From the NCBI GenBank assembly GCA_041649115.1, contig JBAZNT010000009.1:10501-74500 (forward strand): DNA of 64,000 nt. Reading direction: 5' to 3'. Positions 1 through 8,125 of this stretch are shown in pieces; position 1 is the first letter of the stretch; the number at the start of each line of letters is the position of its first letter. The notes beneath the pieces are model-generated. The model ran no database searches, had not been told where the DNA came from, and saw only the letters and a list, made by a program, of their open reading frames with translations. This DNA is from Candidatus Omnitrophota bacterium. Its GTDB lineage: Bacteria; Omnitrophota; Gorgyraeia; Gygaellales; Profunditerraquicolaceae. A program made the position numbers and the translations under genes.

Positions 1-16
1 GACCGCCGCAGCCGCC

Positions 17-1453
17 ATGGCAGCGATGCTCAGTATTAAGATGGAAACCGTCAAGCGCCTGCAGATAAACGTGAACCGGCTGAAGCGCTCGCTGGACGAG
101 ATGGATGAACAGGCAAAACTTATCGTACGCACCGACATGGAGCTGAATAAGGTCCAGCAGGAACTCGATAAGAGGACGGCAAGCCTGGCTACCCTGCAGA
201 AACTGTCCCGCTCTATAAGCGGGGTACTGGAGGTAAGAGCTATCTTCAAGGGCATCAAGGCATCTTATCTGCAAGAGCTGGGATTTGATAAATCCTGCGC
301 TTACCTCTGGAACGAACGGGAGGGCGTCTTTTTGGAAGTCCTGAGCATCGGATATACCGAAGAGGAAACAGCCGCTATAACTCAATATATAAATAGCAAA
401 AGGCACGGTTATTGGGAATGGGTATTGCGCGAAAAGCCATTTTCCTCCATATCGAAACAGGAAAACAAATTCCTGAAGGCCGAAGAGATTGAATCCGTAT
501 TTAAGACCACTTCCTTTATTCTCTCTCCCATCCTGCCTGCGGAAGGAAGCAAGGGAATATTCTTCGCGGGGACCGCCAACCCGGAGGTCGCCATTACCGA
601 AGGGGACGAAGAGCTTATTACGGTCCTCGCCAATCAAATCAGCCAGTCCCTGGAAAATGCCCGTTTGTTTGAAAGGGCCTGGACTACCCAGCAGAGCCTG
701 GAGAAGAACGTCGAGGAGAGAACCCATGAGTTGACCGTTGCACTGGATGAAGTGCGCAAGATTAGCAAGCGTAAAACCGACTTTATCTCCAGCGTCTCCC
801 ACGAGCTAAGGACGCCCCTGACATCCGTAAAAGGATATGCCTCCATACTCCTGGAGGAAAAACTCGGCAAACTGCCGGATGCGGCGAAAGAAAGGCTGGA
901 AAAAATCAATCACCACAGCGACGAATTGGTCCACATGGTAAACGACCTGCTGGATATCGTCCGCATTGAATCCGGCAAGACGGTAATGAAGATAGAGGAA
1001 CAAGACCTCAACGGGATTATTGCTACTGTTTCCGACCTCATTATGATACAATGTAAAAATAAAAATATTAAGTTGGAGACCGACGTCCAGAAAAGCCTGC
1101 CGCCGGTCATGGCCGACCGCAATCAACTGGAACGGGTATTCATTAACCTTCTGGGCAATGCGGTAAAGTTTACCCCGGAAAAAGGGAAGATATCCGTAAA
1201 GGCCAAAAGGAGCGACGGCGCAGTGGAGGTGGCTATCGCGGATAGCGGGATCGGAATGCCGCCTGAGGCCTTAACCCACTTATTCGAAGAATTCTACCGC
1301 GTAGATAACGCCGTGAATCAACAGGTAAAAGGCACGGGACTTGGCTTGTCCTTGGTAAAACACATCGTGGAGGCACATAAAGGAAAAATCTGGGTGGAGA
1401 GTACGGTTGGGCGAGGAAGTACTTTTTATTTCACGTTACCCCTTAAACAATAA
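17..1453 (+). CDS. Cytoplasmic sensor histidine kinase (coiled-coil, GAF-like region, HisKA, HATPase_c); possibly 5'-truncated by the window edge
   Basis: H-box SSVSHELRTPLTSVKGY, N-box FINLLGNAVKFT, G-boxes DSGIGMP and GTGLGLSLV. No in-frame stop between position 2 and the first ATG. The response-regulator gene starts 5 nt downstream. Confidence 0.85.
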   Translation: MAAMLSIKMETVKRLQINVNRLKRSLDEMDEQAKLIVRTDMELNKVQQELDKRTASLATLQKLSRSISGVLEVRAIFKGIKASYLQELGFDKSCAYLWNEREGVFLEVLSIGYTEEETAAITQYINSKRHGYWEWVLREKPFSSISKQENKFLKAEEIESVFKTTSFILSPILPAEGSKGIFFAGTANPEVAITEGDEELITVLANQISQSLENARLFERAWTTQQSLEKNVEERTHELTVALDEVRKISKRKTDFISSVSHELRTPLTSVKGYASILLEEKLGKLPDAAKERLEKINHHSDELVHMVNDLLDIVRIESGKTVMKIEEQDLNGIIATVSDLIMIQCKNKNIKLETDVQKSLPPVMADRNQLERVFINLLGNAVKFTPEKGKISVKAKRSDGAVEVAIADSGIGMPPEALTHLFEEFYRVDNAVNQQVKGTGLGLSLVKHIVEAHKGKIWVESTVGRGSTFYFTLPLKQ

Positions 1454-1458
1454 TAAAA

Positions 1459-2391
1459 ATGAATAAACCGCGCATATTGATTGTTGATGACGATCCCGAT
1501 ATTCTGGACGTCCTCGAGATAACCCTATCCGAAGAGAACTACGAGATTTTAAAGGCGCGGGACGGAGAAGAAGCGCTGAAAATCATCAGGTCCAAACCGC
1601 TGGATCTGGTGTTGGTGGATTATAACATGCCTAGGATGAACGGAAGACAGGTGTGTACGGAGGTTAAAAAGGACGTCCTGCTGGGGCTGTTGCCTATCAT
1701 TATGGTTACGGGCAAAGGGGACATCGAAGACAAGGTCGGCGGCATAGAAGCGGGAGCTGACGACTATATCGTAAAACCCTTTGAACCAAAGGAGCTCCTG
1801 GCACGCATACGCATGATTCTGCGGCGCACCGAAAAGAATCTTGAAGCCAATCCCCTAACCAGGTTACCGGGGAATATCTCTATCTTAAACGAGCTCGGGC
1901 GCCGAATCGAAGATAAAAGCCCTTTTGCAGTCTGCTACCTTGACCTTGATAAATTCAAGTCCTTCAACGATAAATACGGCTTTGAGCACGGGGATGAGGT
2001 AATACGCGAGACCGCACGCATCCTTATCCGCACCGTCAAGGAGCTTGGAGACAAAGACGACTTTATCGGACATATCGGCGGAGACGATTTCGTGATTGTC
2101 ACCAGGCCTGTAACGGCGGATAAATTATGCGAAAAGGTTATCGCGGATTTCGACGCTACCATACCGTCTTTCTACAACGAAACAGACCGTAAGAACGGCT
2201 ATATTCTAGCCCATGACAGGCAAGGCAAAAGCCGCAAGATACCGCTGATGTCGATATCCATAGGCGTCGTTACCAACGAAAGCCGCAAGATTGAACATGT
2301 GGCTGAGATAGGCGAGATAGGCGCAGAACTAAAGAGTTACGCCAAAAAGGTCGGCAAGAGCAATTGCATCAAGGATAAACGCAAAGAATAA
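1459..2391 (+). CDS. Response regulator, REC domain fused to a GGDEF-type domain (motif reads GGDDF)
   Basis: REC motifs ILIVDDDPD, DLVLVDYNMPRMNG and VKPF. GGDEF-domain motifs NPLTRLPGN, FNDKYGFEHGDEVI and IGGDDFVIV. Confidence 0.85.
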   Translation: MNKPRILIVDDDPDILDVLEITLSEENYEILKARDGEEALKIIRSKPLDLVLVDYNMPRMNGRQVCTEVKKDVLLGLLPIIMVTGKGDIEDKVGGIEAGADDYIVKPFEPKELLARIRMILRRTEKNLEANPLTRLPGNISILNELGRRIEDKSPFAVCYLDLDKFKSFNDKYGFEHGDEVIRETARILIRTVKELGDKDDFIGHIGGDDFVIVTRPVTADKLCEKVIADFDATIPSFYNETDRKNGYILAHDRQGKSRKIPLMSISIGVVTNESRKIEHVAEIGEIGAELKSYAKKVGKSNCIKDKRKE

Positions 2392-2393
2392 CG

Positions 2394-2420
2394 GGGGCGG
2401 CTCTGCAGCCCCTAAATTTT
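2394..2420 (+). terminator. Possible intrinsic terminator after the two-component operon
   Basis: GGGGCGGC / GCAGCCCC imperfect stem with a 3-nt loop, followed by TAAATTTTT, starting 3 nt after the stop codon. Confidence 0.4.
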
Positions 2421-2653
2421 TGGCGCCTTTCCTCAGAATGCCCAAAGGCAGCCGTGTCAATTAACCTGCTCGATTCAATCCTGCCAGAACAATAAAGATC
2501 AGCGAAGAGAATAGGCCCCGCGGGCTTGGTCGTCCGCTCCCGCCTGCAGCGTGTTGCCGCTTAGGTCAACGTCCTGGAGCTAATGCAATCCGGGTTCGGC
2601 TCGGCTGAGGCTTACGACTGCCCTGCTAAGCATTTTTCAAAATAGCGACGTAC

Positions 2654-3787
2654 CTAATGAAACGCGCGCTCAACCCCCGCCTGAATCTGCTTTTTGAGTT
2701 CCTCCTTGAGTTTATTATCGATAAAGGCCCCCTCAAGCGCGTTGTAATTAAGCTGAACCAGCTCCTGCGGGCGCAATCCCATCTCTTCCATGCCAATAGC
2801 CCATTCCCTGTTTAAACTTGTATCAAATATCGTGCGGTCATCTGTATTCAGCGTGGCCTTAATCCCGCCCCTGAAATAAGCTGGCAGGGGGTGATTCCTG
2901 TAATTTTCGACGATTCCCATCTTAACGTTGGACGTGGGGCAAAGTTCCAGCACTATCCCTCTGTTTCTGACCAGATTATAAGTCCTTTTGTCTTCGCAAA
3001 GCCGTACTCCATGTCCGATTCGCGAAGCCCCCAGATCCCGGACGGCTTTTAAAATTCCCTCCGGACCGGATACCTCTCCGGCATGCGCGGTCAGATTAAG
3101 TCCATGCCTCTTTATAAATTCGCGGATCTCCCTGAAATTTTCTTTCGGGTAATCCTCCACGATATCGCCGATAAAATCGACCCCCACTACCCCCTTATCC
3201 TTGTATTCCCTGGCAAGCTGCAGGATGCGCAACTGCTGCTCCCTGGTATCCTTTCCGTTAAAACAAAGAATGAGTCCGCTTTTTACCGGGAATTTTTTTT
3301 CCGCCCTGTTTTTTCCACTGATAACCGCCTGAACGACCCGTTCCAGGCTCAAATCCCCGGAAACATGATAAGCGGGGGCAAAACGGAATTCAATATATAC
3401 GATGTTCTCTTTCCACGAATCCTCCAGGAATTCATAAGTAACTCGCTCCAGGGCGTCCTCGGTCTTTAACAAATCAATGATATAATTCAGCTTTTCTATC
3501 AAGGCGGGGTACCTGTTCTTCTCCGGAATCTCCTGCAGCCATTCTTTAAGATCCATGGCCCCGCCTCCCCGTTTCCTGCCCGAAGCGGCGGATAGCTCCA
3601 TTATGGTCTTTATCCGCACGGAACCGTCAAGGTGGGCATGCAATTCTACTTTCGGGATGTCGCGGATGTTTACCGGTAGGACCTCTTTATTCTGGGTTCC
3701 ACCTATCCCCTCCTGGATCAAGAGGAAAGACAGAAGTGCCGACACAAATATTACCCTGGCGATGCTCAAGAAATTCCCATTCTGCAC
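2654..3787 (-). CDS. add: Adenosine/adenine deaminase family metallohydrolase with a hydrophobic N-terminal signal or anchor
   Basis: Metal-binding VELHAHLDGS, HAGE and TLNTDD motifs typical of the adenosine deaminase family. N-terminus IARVIFVSALLSFLLI is strongly hydrophobic. Last gene of the minus-strand operon 8806->2654. Confidence 0.75.
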   Translation of the reverse strand: MQNGNFLSIARVIFVSALLSFLLIQEGIGGTQNKEVLPVNIRDIPKVELHAHLDGSVRIKTIMELSAASGRKRGGGAMDLKEWLQEIPEKNRYPALIEKLNYIIDLLKTEDALERVTYEFLEDSWKENIVYIEFRFAPAYHVSGDLSLERVVQAVISGKNRAEKKFPVKSGLILCFNGKDTREQQLRILQLAREYKDKGVVGVDFIGDIVEDYPKENFREIREFIKRHGLNLTAHAGEVSGPEGILKAVRDLGASRIGHGVRLCEDKRTYNLVRNRGIVLELCPTSNVKMGIVENYRNHPLPAYFRGGIKATLNTDDRTIFDTSLNREWAIGMEEMGLRPQELVQLNYNALEGAFIDNKLKEELKKQIQAGVERAFH

Positions 3788-3820
3788 GAATATCCCCCTG
3801 ATGCCGCCCCTGACTGATGA

Positions 3821-4555
3821 TTACAACCGAGAAATAAAATTCAGGTCTTTCTCCGAAATCTTTCCGGTATGTAATGCCGTCGCGATCAACACGGCATCCG
3901 CCCCGGCCGCCTGCAGGCAAGCCGCATCTTCTACCGACCTCACGCCCCCTCCGGTTATCACGTATGCATTGAGGTCACCGGCGGCCGCAATCAATTCCCG
4001 CGCGCACTCTGAAGGCCCTTCCATGGTGCCTACCCGGTCAAGGTCTAAAACGATAAAACTGCCTACGCCCAGCCCGCGCATCTCTCTTATAAGGGTTTTA
4101 ATGGAGCTGAAACCTCCGATGCTGCACATCGCGCCGCCGCCTTTTATATCGACGCTCACCGCGACGTTATCGCTCCCTTTTAGGGATACCGCATCGTAAA
4201 CAGCGCGCAACGAATTCAGCGTTTCGGTGCCCAATATAATGCAATCGGCAACCCTTGCGGCATCTTTGCGCAGGTCCTGCGGGTCTTTGATGCCGGGGTC
4301 CAAAAAAATCTTTACCCCGAGTTTATTCTTAATATCCCGCACGATGCCGAAGTTGTCTCCGGTGCCTTTGATCGAATCAAGGTCGGCAATGTATAGATCG
4401 TCCAGCATCAATTGATTTTTAAAAACCCCGGCAATGTCTAACGGATGGCAGGAAACGGTTAATACCGACTCAACCGGCTTGTAGAATTCCCTCTCGCCAC
4501 GGACGCCGTGGACTATTTTCCCGTCCAGAATATCAGCTACCGGTATCACCTTCAT
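3821..4555 (-). CDS. HisA/HisF-fold (beta/alpha)8 barrel protein, MfnF-like candidate
   Basis: N-terminal IPVADILDGKIVHGVRGE, then DLDSIKG, VITGGGVRSVED and VLIATALH, which resemble the HisA/HisF phosphate-binding motifs. No other his genes nearby. Lies in an operon with an MfnB homolog. Confidence 0.6.
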   Translation of the reverse strand: MKVIPVADILDGKIVHGVRGEREFYKPVESVLTVSCHPLDIAGVFKNQLMLDDLYIADLDSIKGTGDNFGIVRDIKNKLGVKIFLDPGIKDPQDLRKDAARVADCIILGTETLNSLRAVYDAVSLKGSDNVAVSVDIKGGGAMCSIGGFSSIKTLIREMRGLGVGSFIVLDLDRVGTMEGPSECARELIAAAGDLNAYVITGGGVRSVEDAACLQAAGADAVLIATALHTGKISEKDLNFISRL

Positions 4556-4638
4556 AAATTATGGAATTCCCCGGAATAAAACCGGAGCCGGCATCCATCG
4601 CCTTATGGCGGGCGCGTGATGCCCCGCCGGGGCAACTC

Positions 4639-5646
4639 TTAAATACGCCGGATAATTTTTAAATATAGCCGGTAAGCGCCCGTAAAGACCTTCAAGGCGC
4701 ACTTATTGGAGGACATGATTTTCTGCCCCAGGCCGTCCAGTTTCTTTTCAAGGCATGAAGAACAAAGGCCCCGGCCGAAATTAAAACCGGAGAGCCTCTC
4801 CCATAGAACGCCGGGAGTTTCGTATAATATGTTGCCGATCGATTTCTCGTAAAAAAGACAGGGCCAAAAATCCCCGTTGGATTTAATAAGCGGGAATTTA
4901 TTGCGATCGCAGATGGATACGTTGATAAGCGGGTTATTCTTGAATTCCGGCTTGGCGTGAATCCTTGAAGAAAACAGTTTCAGGAAAACCCTGATAATCA
5001 ACCAGAAAAAAAGGAACTGAAAAAGACCCAGCTGGTATTTCCTCCTGTGCTTAAAATTTTTATCGCATAAAAAAACGTCGACATGCACTTTTTTCACGCC
5101 GAATTTTTTCGCAAACCCGTCAATCTTAAAAATCTGGCCGAAGTTCATTCGGGTAACAAGCAGGGCCAGGTGGATCTCGAGCCCATCATTTCTGGCGCTG
5201 TTCAAGACTTCCAGGATATGGTCAAAATGCCCCTCCCGCGTGAAGCTATCATTGACCTTTGCAGTAGTGCCGTAAATCGTTATATTGATAGATTCCACAT
5301 CTAATCCCCGGAGCTTTTTAATCTTGTCCGCGTTTAAAAACCAGGAGTTCGTATCCACGCTTACAGCAGCCCCTTTTTTCCGCGCATATTCCATTATTTC
5401 AAAAAAATCGGGCCTCTCAAAAGGCTCGCCGCCCTGAAAAAGGATCTTAACGCAGGGCGGCCCCGTTATCTTATCAATCACCCGTTTTGACTCATCCAGG
5501 GACATATCCATTAACCGCCGTGTCTGATCGCTGATATAACAATGCGGACACCCGAAACTGCAGGAAGAAGTAATTTCGAAGCGAAAACGCGAAGGATGAT
5601 CTGTGCTGAAAGGCCGTCTATCCGTAACCGCAGTATTGCACTCCAT
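4639..5646 (-). CDS. Radical SAM enzyme with a Cys-containing C-terminal (SPASM/twitch-like) region and an internal hydrophobic segment
   Basis: CX3CX2C cluster motif SSCSFGCPHCY and a GGEP motif (FQGGEPF). C-terminal cysteines (ICDRN, WPCLF, LCSSCL). Hydrophobic stretch LGLFQFLFFWLIIRVFLKLF. Confidence 0.8.
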   Translation of the reverse strand: MECNTAVTDRRPFSTDHPSRFRFEITSSCSFGCPHCYISDQTRRLMDMSLDESKRVIDKITGPPCVKILFQGGEPFERPDFFEIMEYARKKGAAVSVDTNSWFLNADKIKKLRGLDVESINITIYGTTAKVNDSFTREGHFDHILEVLNSARNDGLEIHLALLVTRMNFGQIFKIDGFAKKFGVKKVHVDVFLCDKNFKHRRKYQLGLFQFLFFWLIIRVFLKLFSSRIHAKPEFKNNPLINVSICDRNKFPLIKSNGDFWPCLFYEKSIGNILYETPGVLWERLSGFNFGRGLCSSCLEKKLDGLGQKIMSSNKCALKVFTGAYRLYLKIIRRI

Positions 5647-5660
5647 CGATTTCCGTTAAT

Positions 5661-6479
5661 TCATTTGTTTTGCGTCAGGCTAAACAGCTCCGGCTCTGCG
5701 CCGTTGCATGTCGGGGGATGCGATTTCTTGAAAATACCAAGGAGGTCCTCCAGCGAAGATATTATTATATCCGCCTTTGTCTTATGTAAATTCGCGTTAT
5801 CAAAAAAAACCCCCGCGCCTGCCCAGCGGACAGGCTCAAGGTCATACGCGTTATCCCCGACAAACATGACTTCATTTTGGGCAATGCCAATTTTTTTACT
5901 CAAGTCTTCCAGTATGGACTTCTTGGTATCGAGGGTTACATTAACCTGGACGCCGCTAAGAATGCCGTCGGCATCAAAAACCAGGGTATTCGCAAAAAAA
6001 TGCCTTATTCCCAAGCGGCTACTGGCGTATTCGGCGAAGACGCCGATGCCGGTAGAGATAACTGCTGTTTCGATACCGGTTTTTTTTAAATACCCGACCA
6101 GATCCGCGGCCCCCCGGTTAAATTCCAGATTCTTGCATATCCCGGTAAAAAAATCCCTATGCGGCCTGGGCGACCACAAATTTATGGTATTTTCGTAAAG
6201 CTGACGCGCGTCCATCCTGCCGTCGGCATAATCCCTGAAAATTTTTTCCGACACCCGCTGCATGCCGGCGTATTTTTCCGTCACTAACCTCCAGCTGTTA
6301 GGGCAGCGGGTCAGCGTCCCGTCCAGGTCGAAAACCACCATCTTTATGCCGCGCGATAACCTTATTTTATTATCTATCACGCGCGCTGCCTGCCTCTTGC
6401 GCCAGCGCGGTTCTTTCATGCTTAAATAGAGATCACATAAAAACTTTTTGACCCGCTGCAACATAAAAACCTTACCCAA
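5661..6479 (-). CDS. HAD-superfamily phosphatase (subfamily IB / SerB-like); the true start may be internal
   Basis: Motif I VVFDLDGTLT, motif II VISTG, motif IV FVGDNAYDL. About 45 aa of basic N-terminal extension precede motif I. Confidence 0.75.
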   Translation of the reverse strand: MGKVFMLQRVKKFLCDLYLSMKEPRWRKRQAARVIDNKIRLSRGIKMVVFDLDGTLTRCPNSWRLVTEKYAGMQRVSEKIFRDYADGRMDARQLYENTINLWSPRPHRDFFTGICKNLEFNRGAADLVGYLKKTGIETAVISTGIGVFAEYASSRLGIRHFFANTLVFDADGILSGVQVNVTLDTKKSILEDLSKKIGIAQNEVMFVGDNAYDLEPVRWAGAGVFFDNANLHKTKADIIISSLEDLLGIFKKSHPPTCNGAEPELFSLTQNK

Positions 6480-6513
6480 GTATTTTAAAATACGTCCGGA
6501 TAGCCGCCCGGGA

Positions 6514-7227
6514 TCAAGCGCTGCCTTTTATCTTTGAGACAATCCTCTCTATCCGGGAGCGGTCCAGATCCGCGTTCCTGTCATTATTCAAACAAACCGC
6601 GCCTCTCACTCCAAAAATATCCACTCCGATGCCGGCCATTTTTTCGATATGGGTCTCATCTAACGAACCGGCAACGGCAGCTTTTATATTTTTTGCATGA
6701 CACCCCCGCACAAATTCTTCTATCTCTTTTAACGGCATCAAATCCAGCAGGCCCTTCCCGTCTTTTATCGCCGTATCGATCATCCCTACGGATGCGCCGG
6801 ATTCATGCGCTATCGCGGGGATATCCAGCGGGGCTACGCTTCCAACCCGGCAGTAATCGGCAAACCCGGCCGCGACCACCATGGCCCCGCCGCCTGCAAG
6901 GTCAACCGCCCCAACCGCCTCTTTCACTAACACCGCTGCCTCCTGCCTGTTTCTCGCCCCCCTTAAGCCTAATTTGATATAATCCGGCTTGAATTGCAGC
7001 GCTCCTAAGGCCGCCAAAGCCACTGTTCCCGGTAAATTCGGGACGTCGCCTACGGCAATGCTCCGCTGCCTACCGTCAGGAACTATATCCCATATTTCTT
7101 TTAAAACCCGGGGGGCCGGCGCTCCGAGAGATCCCTCTGCGGGATTTTTTACATCTAAAATGTCAAATCCGTATTTTATGAGCGTTGCTGCCTCTTGTTT
7201 ATTGATAACAGTAATCAGTATCTTCAT
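6514..7227 (-). CDS. mfnB: (5-formylfuran-3-yl)methyl phosphate synthase, MfnB family (DUF556)
   Basis: Near-collinear match to motifs I recall from M. jannaschii MfnB: DILDVKNPAEGSLGA, VGDVPNLPGTVALAALGA, DYIKLGL, VVAAGFADYCRVG, MIDTAIKDGKGL, AGSL, GVRGAVC..DRN. The catalytic Lys/Asp positions appear retained. Confidence 0.85.
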   Translation of the reverse strand: MKILITVINKQEAATLIKYGFDILDVKNPAEGSLGAPAPRVLKEIWDIVPDGRQRSIAVGDVPNLPGTVALAALGALQFKPDYIKLGLRGARNRQEAAVLVKEAVGAVDLAGGGAMVVAAGFADYCRVGSVAPLDIPAIAHESGASVGMIDTAIKDGKGLLDLMPLKEIEEFVRGCHAKNIKAAVAGSLDETHIEKMAGIGVDIFGVRGAVCLNNDRNADLDRSRIERIVSKIKGSA

Positions 7228-7230
7228 AGG

Positions 7231-8088
7231 CTATCCCCGGGCGATATGGCCTAAACTTAAAAAAAACAAATAATAAAACCCCTCCTGGAAACTGTAAAAC
7301 TTATCATTCCGCTCCCGCAGTTTTATGAAATTTTCCTGTATCGGCTCCGTTTTTTGCAGCACATATGCCCTCAAGGACGAGAATATAATCGTCCCCGTAA
7401 AAAAGAAATACCTGAGCGGGTTTATCGCTACCGCAATGAGTGCCGCAAAAAGAGGGATTATCAAAAATGCCTCTGCGACTCTGACCGATTTTTCTATACC
7501 GATAGCCCGGGGCAAAGAATATATCTTATCCCTTCCAAAATGCGCGATTTGGTGGATGACTTCGTGAAACGCCAGGTAGAAGAAAAATATCACCGAAAAA
7601 ACGCCTGCCGTTAAAGTGAACCTCTTCGCCAAGGACAGGAAGGGAAAGACGTAAAGGATAAACCCCAGGCATAAAGAATTTACAAGTATAGATAACAGGT
7701 AATTATCTTTAAGCCTTGCGAATGGAGCCTGATAGAAAAAAAACAAAACGGCATAAACTGCCAGCAACCATAAATAACCGGAGTTAAAAAAGGCCGTCAG
7801 GCCTATTATCAAAAGCGGGAGTATTGTCAAAATGACCGCCGTTTTCTCGTTCATGCCATCACGCAGTAAAACGCCGATATAGTTCTCTTCGCCCCAAACC
7901 TTGAAATCAAAATAGTCATTCATGGAAAAAGAATGCATCTGGATTAACAACAGTTGCAGTAATACTACGACTGCCGTTGCCGGCTTCGGCAGCGAATCCA
8001 AACTTAACAGAGCGATTACCCCCAACCCCAGATTTCTTATACAAAAATCCATCCTGTAAAATTTAAGTAATCTCGCAAGGTATTTCAT
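7231..8088 (-). CDS. Polytopic membrane protein, divergent UbiA-type prenyltransferase-like
   Basis: About 8 hydrophobic helices. The first motif NDYFDFKVWGEE resembles UbiA NDxxDxxxD. The second region HFGRDKIYSLPRAIG resembles DxxxDxxxGxxTLP but has His at the first Asp position. Confidence 0.5.
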   Translation of the reverse strand: MKYLARLLKFYRMDFCIRNLGLGVIALLSLDSLPKPATAVVVLLQLLLIQMHSFSMNDYFDFKVWGEENYIGVLLRDGMNEKTAVILTILPLLIIGLTAFFNSGYLWLLAVYAVLFFFYQAPFARLKDNYLLSILVNSLCLGFILYVFPFLSLAKRFTLTAGVFSVIFFFYLAFHEVIHQIAHFGRDKIYSLPRAIGIEKSVRVAEAFLIIPLFAALIAVAINPLRYFFFTGTIIFSSLRAYVLQKTEPIQENFIKLRERNDKFYSFQEGFYYLFFLSLGHIARG

Positions 8089-8125
8089 AATCCTTGTGCG
8101 GGATCCCGCCGGTCTTGGCGACCCC

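Noticed and set aside
2421-2653. An unusually long (~260 nt) non-coding gap between the convergent RR-GGDEF and add genes, checked for an ncRNA or an att-site remnant
   Set aside because: I found no SRP, RNase P, tmRNA or 6S signature motifs, no ORF, and no copy of the tRNA-Leu 3' end by eye. Without covariance-model scans I cannot support any call.
3555-4199. 214-aa plus-strand ORF spanning the add/HisA-like junction. Similar shadows lie at 5542-6198, 8361-9011, 14777-15478, 31373-31960 and 43505-44059.
   Set aside because: All lie antisense to genes with strong family motifs and cross gene boundaries of the opposite strand. They are compositionally biased shadow ORFs.
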